From NCBI RefSeq assembly GCF_018977255.1, contig NW_024704742.1, positions 20,400,001 through 20,464,000 of the forward strand: a stretch of DNA of 64,000 nucleotides, given 5' to 3'. The notes below the pieces were generated by a model. It was given only the letters and a program-made list of their open reading frames with translations. It made no database searches and was not told the origin of the DNA. A program made the position numbers and the translations under genes. This document shows, one piece after another, positions 12,951 through 25,104 of the stretch. The DNA comes from Callorhinchus milii. Taxonomy: Eukaryota. Position 1 is the first letter of the stretch. Each line of letters opens with the position of its first letter.

Positions 12951-14528
12951 AACAACAACAAGATTACATTTTTATAGCGTCTTTCACGTCGGGAGGACGT
13001 CCCAAGGCGCTGGACAGAGTACAGCATTTCAGACCCGTGCTGGGGTTGGGGGCGTAAGGGAGGGGAGGGGAAGGGGGGTGGCCGATGGCATGGTTGAAAA
13101 GGAGGGTCTTGAGGCGGGACTTGAAGGAGGCTAAGGAGGGGGTGAGGCGGAGTGACTGGGGGATGGAATTCCAGTGGTTGGAGGCAGAGTGGCTGAAGGC
13201 GCTCCCACCAATGGTGGGGCGGGGGACGTGGAGCAGGCCAGAGCCGGCTGAGCGGAGGGAACGGGCGGGTTGGTAAGGGGTTAGGAGGTCGCAGAAGTAG
13301 GGTGGGGCGAGGCCATGGAGGGCTTTGTAGGTGAGGACCAGGATCTTGAACTGGATCCTCTGAAGGATAGGGAGTCAATGGAGTCGGGCGAGAGTGGGGG
13401 AGATGGGGTCAAGGAGTTTCGGGAGAGGACACGGGCTGCAGAGTTCTGTATTATCTGCAGCCTGTGGAGGGAGGAGTTGGGAAGGCCGACAAGCAGAGCA
13501 TTTGCATCTTCGAGCCTGGAGGTGATGAAGGCAGGAGCAAGAGTTTCAGCGGCCTCAGGGGTGAGGTAGTGGCGGAGTCGGGCGATGTTACGGAGGTGAG
13601 GGAAGGCAGAGCGGGTCATGGCTTGAATGTGGGGAAGAAAAGATAGTTGAGGGTTGAACAAGACACCTAGGTTCCTGACTGGCTTGGTGAGTTGTAGTGT
13701 GCAACCATGGAGGTTGATGCTGCCAGAGCCTGAGGTGCTGAGGCGCTGGCGCGAGCCAATCAGGAGGGCCTCAGTCTTGTTCACATTCAACTGTAGGAAA
13801 TTTGCCCTATTCCAGGACTTGATATCCGACAGGCAGTCTGTCAGGACAGCAGTGGTCCTGGAGTTGAGGGCGGAGGCAGAAAGATAAGAGTTGGGTGTCA
13901 TCCGCATACATATGGAAGTTGACCCCATATCTGCGGATGATGTCACCAAGGGGGAGCATGTAGATGTTAAAGAGGAGAGGGCCAAGGACAGAGCCCTGGG
14001 GAATGCCAGATGTGACAGTGCGGGGTTGGAGGAGAAACCGTTAGAGGCAACGAGGTGGAGATGGTGAGAGAGATAGGAATCGAACCTGGCAAGGGCAGGT
14101 CCATGAAGATTGAGTAAAGCGGAGAGACGGTGTATGAGGATGGAGTGGTTGACAGTGTCGAAGGCGGGAGAAAGGTCGAGGAGGACAAGGAGGCAGAGGG
14201 AGCCCTGATCACAGATGTTCAGAATGTTATTAGTTACTATGACCAGGGCTGTTTCCGTGCTGTGGGCACCGCAGATGCCGGAATTGGAGGGGTTCAAAGA
14301 GGGAATGGCGAGAGAGAAAGGTGCGGAGCTGGGACGCGACATCTCATTTCAGGACCTTTGAGAGGAATGGGAGGTAAGAGATGGGGCGGTAGCTGGAGAG
14401 GAGTTATTGGTCCAGGGAAGGTTTTTTCAGGAAGGGGGCGATGACGGCTGTTTTTAGTGGGGTGGGAACTGAACCGGTTGGCAAGGAGAGGTTGATGACA
14501 TCGGACAAGAGAGGGGCCAGAAGGTGGC
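12951..14528 (-). mobile_element. 5'-truncated L2 LINE with decayed ORF2 (reverse transcriptase and C-terminus) and 3' UTR
   Basis: Translated motifs YRPISYLPFLSKVL, HSTETAL, LLDLSPAFDTVNH, YADDTQL (shifted frame), LQLNVNKTE, RNLGVLF, LQIIQNSAAR; stops and frameshifts; (TTG)n tail after stem-loop. Confidence 0.95.
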
Positions 14529-14529
14529 G

Positions 14530-14712
14530 CTGTTAGTCGATTGGTGGATTGCTTTTTGGGGGGTAATAATTCCTCAAAAAAAATGTGGTTACTCAATCCA
14601 CGACTGTTTGTGGGACACTGCTGTGTGCATTTGGCTGCTCCATTTCACCCACAAAATATACAATTATGTCATGTTGCAGTATATTCTGGGAAGCGCTTTG
14701 AGACGTCTCAAT
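14530..14712 (+). mobile_element. SINE A long form, 5'-truncated, abutting the L2 5' end
   Basis: TGTTAGTCGATT..CACGACTGTTTGTGGGACACTGCTGTG..GAAGCGCTTTGAGACGTCTC. Confidence 0.85.
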
Positions 14713-15599
14713 TATGTTTTAGTATAATTAATACTTAAACTTTTTTTAACATTCAGTGTGACAACTACATTACATGAAAAATGGCAAACTGAAATTACAA
14801 GGCAGTAATCTTATAACATGGCCTCTGGTGATGATATAAATGGTGAGAATCATGTTTGAGCAATTCCTGATTGGGACTTGAACACTGAGATGATACTGCA
14901 ATTTTTTAATGTGACATCTACAAATTAACCAAAATCTGTGGTTTATGCTCAGTGGTTATAAAACTCCACTTCGGTGAACACCGAAATTCTCTATGATGCA
15001 TCATCAACACTGAATGGAAATGCATGCAGCACAAAGAGCTAAACAATACTAATGTTGAATCCCAAACAGCTGAAGACACTGCTTTACAATACCTCAAATA
15101 AATTGAAAAATGGATTGTAAATACTTGAAAGCCTCAGGATCCTTTTGTGCAATAAATAGCATTCTCAAGCACTAAAATATACCTCCAATAAAATAGAACA
15201 ATTGGATAACATAGAAAATATTCAAATCAATGCTTCAGCTAATTGAAACACTTAAGAATGGGGCTCAGTGCTGTAGGAAATGGAGAACAAATTCAACGTC
15301 AAACGCTGCTACCAAGGATCAATATAACTCAGCTCCTGACATGGACTGCTCACAAGTTCCAGAGCAGGTTAATTTCAGTGAGTAAAGTTCAACATAAGTA
15401 GCATTCAAGTGATGAGATAACTTTAACCTCAATTTGAGCCTCCACAGTTGCAGCTCCACAGAATGGCGAGTGTAATATTCTGAACAGTTGTCTGCAGCTT
15501 AGTCAATGGCAGCAACAGATTCCGACCAGGAGCCCTGACCTTCCTAAGCCATCACCAGGAGAAAAACTTGCATTTTTATTGAATGTTATCATGTCACAA

Positions 15600-15733
15600 C
15601 TGCGCGCAATTGGCTGCCGTGTTTCACCCACAAAATATAGTTGATTCACTTTAGAGTATATTCTGTGAAGCGCCTTGAGACGTCTCAGTGACGTGATAAG
15701 GCGATTTATAAAATGCAAGAATTATTATTATTA
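15600..15733 (+). mobile_element. SINE A 3' fragment
   Basis: GCGCAATTGGCTGCC..GACGTGATAAGGCG..(ATT)n. Confidence 0.85.
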
Positions 15734-17181
15734 TGTCAAAACGTCTCAGAGATCTTCATAGCTAATTACTGTAAAGAGTGCTGACTGGTTTTGCAAGTAA
15801 ACACGGCTGCTATTTGTACCAGGAAGGTCCTACAAGCAGACATGGGATGAATGACCAATTAGACTGAGGATTATTTGCTAGGAGAGCAGGAGAAACCCCC
15901 TTCTCATGTCCTTTTCAAATCATGACATGCGATCTTTAACATCCACAGCACAAACTCTTGCGTTTCATACAAGTTTCCCTCACATTAGCAGCAATTCATG
16001 GCCATCCCACAGACCATTTGGGTAAACAGATTATTTAAATGCTATATAATATTTAGCTACAGGACTCCACAAGCAACAGAGGTTACCCAGTGCTTATGAA
16101 ACCATAACAACCGTTGAAGTATGTTGAAGGAAAGGAGTATAAATGTCTTCGGGAGAAAAGAAAGATGCGGGAAAAAATTAGAGGAGAAAAATTGGTTGAG
16201 CTTTGTTAAACCAGAAAGATTGCTTCATTTTATACTCTGAGCAGAGCGGTGATTCCACGTTGGGCAATAATCAATCAGCTTTCTAAGGAAACCCCCAACT
16301 AACAGAATGATACGCAACACATGAAAGAGCTATCAATCTCAGTTGAAACACTGGGAGGCATTTAATAATACAATTAATCATTGCATTCACTATAATACCT
16401 TATCACATTATCAAAATTTCTCACATAATTTTACTGTAAAGTGTAGTGACTTAATTTGTAGAGGAACACAGGGGTCATTTTTGCACAACCTTCTGATACA
16501 GTGCTATTAACTGAGCCAGGTTCACATGCAAATATATATTCAAGAAATACAGGGGATCCCCATCTGCATTATTGCCTAATTTAAGAGCGCAGACCTGCAC
16601 AAACCAAACAGCCACTGACATCACTTCCTGGGTGTTGTGCATCTGCATCTATACGTAGGAAGCACGGCTGACATCAATTCATAAAAGAGGTGACATCAGT
16701 GACACTTCTTGTACATAACACACATGCACAGGCCGCAGGAACTGATATCAGTGACACTTTCTGCATATAGCATGGTTACACACAATGCAAAGGAGTAATA
16801 TCAACAACACATTTCATTTATGTGGCATCTTTCACAACAGGAGCACATCCCAAGGCCCTGGAAAGTTGTGTGTCCAAACACAACAAACATAGTTTGTTGT
16901 TGTTGGCTATTATAGAGGAAGGCAGAGACCTTGAAGGAGGCAAAGGAAGGGGTAAAGCAGAGGGACTTGGGGATGGATTTCTCCCCTGAGCCTGATGAGA
17001 GAGCTAAAATGAAGCGCATGCACTAGCTCCAATAATAGTTGTTTAATGTTATTAAATAGATGGTTCGTGACTGACTCTGGTTAACTAAAACTCTTAGGTC
17101 AGAAACTTTTTCAGGTTTAATTTTTGTATGTTTAAAAGACTGATTGAAGCTGATTTATTGTATACTGCAGTCATCAGCATT

Positions 17182-17478
17182 GATTGGCTACCGCGTTTCG
17201 CCCACAAATATACAGTCAGTTCACTTTACGGTGTTCTGTGAAGACGTGAAAAGCGCTATATCAAATGCAAGGATTATTATTATTATTATTATAGAGAATG
17301 GGCTTCAATTAAATTGATAACAAATTTCTACTAGACTCTTGGCTTTAAAACTGCATCAATACAGTTTCGCCCACAAAATATACAGTCAATTCACTTTGCA
17401 GTATATTCTGTGAAGCGGTTTAGAGAAGTCTCGAAGACGTGATAAGGCGCTATATCAAATGCAAGGATTATTATTATT
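17182..17478 (+). mobile_element. Two tandem SINE A 3' fragments (17182-17291, 17364-17478)
   Basis: Each has TTTCGCCCACAAA..TCAAATGCAAGGATTATT. Confidence 0.85.
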
Positions 17479-17594
17479 AATACAAAGATCAATACGAACT
17501 GTATAGATATTTAATGAATAAAGAGAATTGAGAGTGGTGCAGGTAATTTGACCTCTTCTATACAAGTGACTTTAAAACAAAGTCAAGATTTACT

Positions 17595-18132
17595 CTTTGA
17601 TGCAGTGCTGAAGGGTTGTTGCATTGTTAGAGGTGCTGTCCTTTGGGTGAGATGTCAAACTGTGCGCCTCTTCCGGTTGATATTAAAGATTCCGTTGGCA
17701 CTCTTCGAAAAGAGAACAGAGTTTTTTTCCCGGTGTCCCGGCCAACATTCTCCCAGGTAAATTTTGTCATTCACTTCATGGCTGTTTGTGGACCACATCA
17801 AGACTTGGAACTCATGGAGTGTAAGCTAACACTCCAATGTATTGCTAGGGCTGTCCTGCATTGTTGGAGGTGTCGTCCTTTGGATGATATGTTATACTGA
17901 GGTCATCTCTGCCTGTTCAGATGGATGTTAAAGATCCCATGGCACTATTCAAAAAGAGAAAGGAGTTTCTTCCGGTGTCCTGGCCAACAATCTCCCAGAT
18001 AAAATTGATCACTCACTTCATGGCTGTTTGTGGGATATTACTGTTTGCAAATGGTTGTCGTGTTCACTCACAGTCACTCCACTTCACAGTATATCCAATG
18101 TGAAAGGCACTATATTAAATGTAAGGGTTATT
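17595..18132 (+). mobile_element. Two tandem partial SINE B copies
   Basis: TTAAAGAT(T/C)CC(G/A)..GGCACT..AAAGAGA..CCGGTGTCC..TTCATGGCTGTTTGTGG occurs twice (~17683 and ~17928). Confidence 0.8.
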
Positions 18133-18519
18133 ATATTGAGCATTTACCCACTACCAATCCTAATAAATCAAGCCTTTAAAAGAGCATATACATTATTAAT
18201 TCCATACATGAATCTGATATTAAAAAGTCAAAATGTGTGTTATTAACATAGAGATGGCTGTACTTATTCAAATAATAGCAGTTAAATTATGATCAGTACA
18301 TAATTCATGCCTTAATAAACAATTAATGAGCCCTGTGTCAAATATTGGCTACTGGTAAAATGACCTGACCTAAGGCGAGCAACGGGAAAGTCTTATGTGG
18401 GAATAAAAGTGTGTAGGAGCGAGATATTGGTAGCAAGCATAATAATACTTTATGAATGTCTTCTGTTTGTCTCCATATATTTTCTCTTCCTTGCTTTCCA
18501 TCTCATTCCTGCTCTGTAT

Positions 18520-18633
18520 CCCTATTCGCGCACAAATTACAGAGTCCATTTTACAGTATATCCTGTGAAGCACTTTGAGATGTCTCAAGGACGTGATAAG
18601 GCCCTATATCAAATGCAATGATTATTCTTATTA
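18520..18633 (+). mobile_element. SINE A/B 3' fragment
   Basis: TTTACAGTATATCCTGTGAAGCAC..GACGTGATAAGGCCCTATATCAAATGCA. Confidence 0.75.
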
Positions 18634-20125
18634 TCCTGTCTACCTATGAGTTTTTGTCATGTGTGTATTACTCTGTCAGTGTGAGCATCACTGCCTGTAT
18701 CTCTCTTGTCAATCTTTCTCTATGAGTCTTCCTCTCTCTGTTCCCTCTCTGTGACTTTTCAGCTCACTTACATCCAAAGAACATTCAAACTTGGAGTTAT
18801 ATAGAGCCCTTCACATAGAGAACTGTGTCAAAGCACTTCAATAAGATGGTGCTGGACACTGGTGAGGAGTGGGGAGATATTCACTGACACTTCTTTTCTC
18901 CTCTCTTCCCCTTTTCTCTCGATCTTTCCCTTTATCGCTCTGAAAGGTGGGTGGCAGTCTCTACTGAAATTATATATAAAGACAGAATGCACAATCTACT
19001 CTAATTATAAGTTCATGATCAATGATGTAAAAAATATTTTATGACAGACAGGATTAATGTGACACTGTAATAATTATCACATTGAATCTGTTAGGACACA
19101 TGACATTTTTGCCATTCCCAAGGACAATGTTCTATCATATTAATATGAGAATATTAACAGATTAATGACATACTCTCACACAGTAAGTCAAGGCCAGAAT
19201 TACACACTGGCAAGGTAATCTTTCCTGCAGTAGATGATGATGAACATTTACAAGTAAGGATTGACAGATGGCTGCACACTGCAAACAAGCCAATGGGTTT
19301 TCTGTGCAAATAACATTGCCAATGCCTATAAGTCTGGCTGTCTGGTTTCTGTAAGTAATACAGTAATTATGCTATACAATGTTTTACTTTCAATGATTAC
19401 TCAGCTTTGGGTCAACTAAGGAAAATTACATAGGATTTTTACTTACTTTTCTATTGTCACTTTTTGCAGTAAGGATACAGACAACCCCTAGATATGAATT
19501 ATTTATGTAACTAAAACCTTTGACAGATTTTTTTCTGCGATAATATATTTATCAATTTTGACATATTTTATTCATTAGACACCTATAAGGAAGATACATA
19601 TTATAATATATTTGCCTACAAAACACACAGCCACTGCACTGCGCAGTATATCCTGTGAAGCACTTTGAGACGTCCACTCAACGGGAATTACATTGTATTA
19701 AATGCAAGGACTATTCTGATTATTATTTTAACTTCTGTGTGGATAGAAGTATTAAGCAACACAAGACAAGACACTTTCAGAATAAAAAAAACAATCTTTC
19801 TTCTAGCAGCTTGTCTCCTGTACACGAAAGCATTCTCACATCACGTGAACAACTGATACGAATCTGCTGCTAGGCAGTAGAAGTCAAGTTGAAGGAGGTT
19901 GCCTAATTAGTTACACTGCCTTTGCTTTACTACACATTCTGGCTGAAGACTGACTTCATCCTCTGTATTATCCGGAAATAAAATCTCAGGTTCAAGAACT
20001 GAACATGGACATCTGAACAATTAGTATGCGATTGCCAGGATGGTAGAAGGTGGATTAGGTGGATCTTGGTCTATTTTTGTCAAGCAATTCCTGTGGTCTT
20101 ATGTTTCTATGTTGATGGTTCATTG

Positions 20126-20345
20126 AATCATAGAATCTTACTGCCATTCAGCCCATCGAGCATGTGCCTCCTGAGCCAGACTAGCAGATGTGGTCAGAGG
20201 TGGTAAATGGCACAATGCCAGGTTTTGTGAGGTTAGCCCTGGAAAGATATTGAAGTCGAGAGTGTGCTAGCTCTTTGAAAGACTTATCCAGCTAGTCCCA
20301 CTGCCCCGCTCTTATCCCATAGCCTTGCAAATTTTTTCCTTTTCA
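20126..20345 (-). mobile_element. CR1-type 3' tail fragment interrupted by a ~95 bp insert
   Basis: GAATCATAGAAT..GCCATTCAGCCCATCG | insert | GCTCTTTGAAAGA..CTAGTCCCAC..CCCATAGC matches the reverse complement of 42618-42729. Confidence 0.75.
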
Positions 20346-20569
20346 TCTGGTTTAATTTTAAATTATACTTTCACTTGAAATTAATAACCAGCAGAAACAT
20401 TCCTGTAGTAAAGAAGAACAAATAACTACAGCAACCAACAAATCAAACTGAACACAAGTGATTTTAGCAAATTCCTCAGGGTTTGAAGGGGCTTTCCATT
20501 CATTTAATATTATTTTTAACAAACTGAATGGTATTGAAAATCTGAGTTATCCAGTAAATGGTCTTGATG

Positions 20570-21368
20570 ATGATCCTCACATTAGATAATGCCTCATCAC
20601 ATCAAAATGTCTTAAAGTGCTTCACAGAGTTTTCTGTTTGACCTTTTAATCAAGACACCTAAAAGAAAGGTACATATTATAATATATTCACCTACAAAAT
20701 ACACAGCCACTTCTGTAAAGTGTAGTGGCCATCTATATGTAGGTGAACACAGTAACCAAATTGGCTACAGCTACCTCCCACAAGCACCCATGAAGTAATT
20801 AAATACATCAACAACAACAACGTGCATTTATACAGCATCCCTCTTGCAGGGTGAAGCCTCAGATTGCTTCACAGTGATGGGATCGGAGGCCGAGCAAGGG
20901 AGAGGGGTAAACCAATTTTTTTTATCTGGGAGATTTTGGGCTAGGACATGGGGTGAAACTCCCTTCTCGTTTTAATGGTACCACCATATTTTTAATATCT
21001 TCCTAAGCAGGACCTCAGTTTAATGTCTTATCTGAATGACACTGAACTGAGTGTCAGCCTAATCCGCTCCATCACCGTGACCAAAAACACAAGAGGAAGT
21101 AGAGATAGAACTGTGCATTTATTTAGTTCAACTGAAAACAAAGCTGGATACATCCTGAAATAAAAATCTAAACTATTGTGTTTAAACTGCAGTAAATATT
21201 GTTCATTCCTCTTATTTTATTGACCATCCAGGAGACGACACCTAGCAGTGAGCAACTGGTTGGAGACCCCCTGGCCTAGATTATGAGTTCAAAGTCCTCA
21301 AATGGGGCTTGAAACCACATAGTTCTGATCCAGTGACAAGGTTCTATCAACTAAGCCAGGCTGACACA
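20570..21368 (-). mobile_element. Fragmented SINE B with internal insertions (L2 tail ~20805-20910; local copy 20637-20711; unassigned ~21062-21275)
   Basis: Tail, Deu-like domain and head (AACTAAGCCAGGCTGACAC) in correct order. Confidence 0.65.
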
Positions 21369-21724
21369 TAAAGAGGCTGTAAAACAAACAAGAATATAAT
21401 ATAAGGCATTGTCTTAAACTTCTATGGGTAAACAAAACCGTGATGTACAAAACTGCATTTCAGCTTGCTACAAGATACACTGTCCAAAATCACATCATTG
21501 AAGCAGTTTTCTGAACAGGTTGTCAACAGCTGTGCTAGGAAGCAAACCCATCTGAAAACTCTACACAAGTAGCAAGCCTTTATAAAATGCAATTCCCATT
21601 AAAGGCAATTCAAATATCACTAATACCTGTTGCTTTCCTGCAGCCCGTTCAGTTTAAGGTTATTGTGATCTTTTGGAAGAACGTGGAAACAATTTTCCAT
21701 TCAATAAATTTTGTGCACATAGGG

Positions 21725-21875
21725 TAATAATAATAATTATAATCATAATCCTTGCATTTGATATAGCACCTTATCACATCTTTGAGACGTCTCAAAACGC
21801 TTCACAGGATATGCTGTAAAGTGTAGTGGACTGTGTGTTTTGTGGGCGAAATGCAGCAGCCAATCGCGCACAGTA
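21725..21875 (-). mobile_element. SINE A/B 3' fragment
   Basis: ATCCTTGCATTTGATATAGC..GCAGCCAATCGCGCACAG. Confidence 0.8.
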
Positions 21876-23446
21876 ATCTCTCTGAAACAAACAGTGACTC
21901 TGGCTCATTGGTCCGTTCCAACAAAAATGTAATTTACAGCTCAGAAAAATAATTAAGCATCTGGCAGCAAACACTCACTTGTTTCATTTTATGTTTTCTG
22001 CAGAGATTTTCATCAATTCAATAAACTTCGGTGAAGCGGTTTAGATTAAGGACATGATCATCTTGCAACATTACTTCATGTTAACGGGTTTAGAAATTAC
22101 AAGGATAAGCAGAAAACAACAGGGAGCTGCAGCTCTACCTGGCTCCATTCTGCCCAGTGAAAAACCTGCACCTGTGCTTTCCGTGCTCTGCCGTCTGATG
22201 CAAACTCCGCAAAATTGTGGGACTTCCTCCATGTTCTCACCCAAGTATACAGGTAGCTAAACAGACTTCTTTTGACAGATGCACTGCTAAAATGACAAAT
22301 GTTCTTTTCAGCAGAATTGCACTGTACATTAAAGCATTGTTACAACACCGATTTATAACACGATATGCGTCGTAAAGTGCTAATGGAGGTTGCTATGGGA
22401 TTGTCAGGCTACGTTGTGTCTGATGGGCTGGCTGTACATTTTAAATTTCACGGTAATTTTTTAAATGGATTAAACCACCACCAATAAAGGTCAGGCCAAT
22501 TATCAGCAAGCACAAGTCAGATTTCTTGTCTGAAAACCTGCCTGCAGTAATGACCTTCTGAGGATAACACTCTCGATGTCAACGTCTTTCCAGCGTTAAC
22601 CTCACAAAACATGGAATGGTGCCATTTACCACCTCTGACCATGTCTGCTAATCTGGTAATCAGATACCAATGTGGCGAGTATCCTTTGTAAAGCCACATT
22701 GCAAACGAAGACTCGGTATCCAAACAATCTGAAAGGAAAGCAATAAACAATCCCCTGATCAATAAGTTCCTCCCTTACATTTAACAATGTAAAATAAACT
22801 TTAGTCACAGAATTAGAGAACCATAGAAATAAACAGCACAAAAGGAAGCCATTTGGCCCATCGAGCCTGCACCAGCTCTCAGAGCAAGCTGTTCTTTCAA
22901 TTCTACTCTCTTATCCTATCCGAAATAAAATGTTGGGATGGATAGAAAAGCTTAAGCATGAAGTTAAAAGGGAAAAAAAAATAGACTAGGGAACAAGAGA
23001 AAATCGAAAGTAATAAAGGGACAAGGAGAGAGCAGAAGCAATTTAATTAACGTTTTATTTTTATTTCAAATTGTGTTTTTAATATTTATTACAGCAGTTC
23101 AGAATGAATATTACAGCAATGAAGTTGTTTCAATATTTGAGCAGTTTACTGCTATAATATTTGCAATCATTCAGCAGCACTAAGCATGATTCAAAAGCCA
23201 CAGAGTTTTGGAGGAGGTCAAAACAATAATTTTCTTGTAGGAAAGAAGGCTATTTTTTTTAAATGGGAGAGTAATTCTAGGATCTGAAAAGCAATACAGT
23301 GCCACCCAATCTAATCCAACAAAGCTCTTCTGTGACTATGTTTTCATCAGACCTCGTTGGAGTGTTCCATTCAGATTTGGGCACCTCCCAAGGAAGTAAA
23401 TAGTGCACTGGCATTGGAGCACGTGTAGTGACAATTCAACTGGGTG

Positions 23447-23915
23447 ACAACAACAACAACTTGCATTTATGTAGCGCCCTTCACGCGGGGCAGAGTCCCG
23501 GAGCGCTTGACAGTGGTGGAGTCTGATGCCGAGCCGGGGGAGAGGGAGGGGGGAGGTGACTGTAAGCACAGTCAAAAAGGAAGATCTTTAGGTGGGATTT
23601 GAAGGTGGGGAGGGGGCAAGGCGGAGGGATTGAGGGAGAGAGTTCTAGAGTTTCGGGGTGTGGTGGCTGAAGGCACAGTCACCGATGGTGGAACGGAGGG
23701 GAGGGCATGAGGAACAAACAGGAGGCTAGAGCCAGCTGAGCAGAAGCAGTGGGTGGTGGAGTGAGGGGTAAGCAGGTCGTCAGATAGGTAGGGAGGTGCA
23801 AGGGCATGAAGCGATTTGAAAACAAGTGAGAGGATTTTGAAATTGATCCGTTTGATAATTGGGAGCCAGTGGAGCCTGACAAGTACTGGTGTGACGTACG
23901 AGATGTTAGGATGAG
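23447..23915 (-). mobile_element. L2 LINE 3' fragment
   Basis: (CAA)n tail then TTGCATTTATGTAGCGCCCTTCACG; minus strand encodes LHWLPI..I.FKILSL-like ORF2 end. Confidence 0.85.
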
Positions 23916-24080
23916 AGGTTAGGCAAACATGAGATCTATCCTCTAGAATTAAGGCAGATAAGTGATGATCTAATTGAGGTGTTTAAAATAATAAAGGCAA
24001 TTGGAGAGGTAGGCAGGGATTAAAACTCGGGGATTCCTTCTGGAGAGGAATCCAGAACAAGGGGACACAATCTTAAAAGT
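23915..24080 (+). mobile_element. CR1 ORF2 C-terminal relic
   Basis: Encodes DLIEVFKIIK and SRTRGHNLK, typical of the CR1 ORF2 end. Confidence 0.75.
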
Positions 24081-24359
24081 AAATAGCAACTCCTATAAAT
24101 GCTAACTTTAGTAGCAAGTAGCATACAAAGACTGAAAACCTGTTAGTGCGTAACACTGGGAATTGTGGGCAGTCCATTTCAATCATTCTGAATGCCAAAG
24201 AAACCACTCCTACAATATGAAATACGATATTTAATTAACGCAGCAGCATTTATCTTGCTTTGCATAATACACTGGCCAGACAAGAACTCCATTGCAATGC
24301 CAACAGTTTTACATCCACATTGATTGGGATGCTTAACAACAACAGCTTGTATATATAGC

Positions 24360-24460
24360 AAAAACAGAAGTCGCTGGGAACACTCAGCAGGTCAGGCAGC
24401 ATCTATGGAGAAAGGAAAGTGAGTCAACGTTTCGGGTCCATGACCCTTCAGCAGAACACC
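24360..24460 (-). mobile_element. Penelope-like element terminal fragment with degenerate minimal hammerhead ribozyme
   Basis: Minus strand GTT-CTGCTGA-A-GGGTC-ATG-GACCC-GAAAC-GTT-GAC, followed by TCTCCATAGATGCTGCCTGACCTGCTGAGT; second copy at 61432-61535. Confidence 0.7.
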
Positions 24461-25104
24461 TTTAGTTGGGTGTCAGTCGAGAAAAAAAAACACGAGCACA
24501 GCTGTCAGCTGCATCTCAAACAAGTGAAGAAGAAAGTCCGGTCACCAATTATTAAAGCCCTGATCACAAGCAGCCAGGTTAATGGGGCCACATGTTGTGT
24601 GCCTGCAGTCGAGAAAACTGCGCTGATGTATTTATGATTTCCTTTCATCCTGTGCCTCTGAAAAAATGCAAGGACTTTGATTCAGAAAAGAATCCTCAGG
24701 AAGAACTGGGTGCAAAATCCAAAATCCATTTGTGTTTTGTTGCCACACTTAAGTTTGCAGTAAACCACACATGTTTATTTTAAATACCCATCTATAACGT
24801 CAACCTAGAATGCTCCCACACTTCTGGTCACATGTAACACACAGGTATATCTAACAGATTTATGTTCTGTAATCTAGTCGACAGTTTCGTGGAACAAGAG
24901 ATGCCAAACTTTAGAATAATCATTACATTTTCTATGGTGCCCTTTCTTGTCGGGAGGACGTCTTAAAGTGTTTCACAGGATTCATCATAAACTAGGGTGA
25001 CTGTGTTTCTGTGAGCAAACGAGGCAACCAATTTGCACACAGCAATGACCCACAAATAGCCATGACGTGAATGATCAGTTTTACACAGCTGAACACATAA
25101 TGCT

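Noticed and set aside
13281..14342. 353-aa ORF (also 54707-55645 and 41390-42223) as host genes
   Set aside because: They are frameshifted, truncated L2 ORF2 remnants
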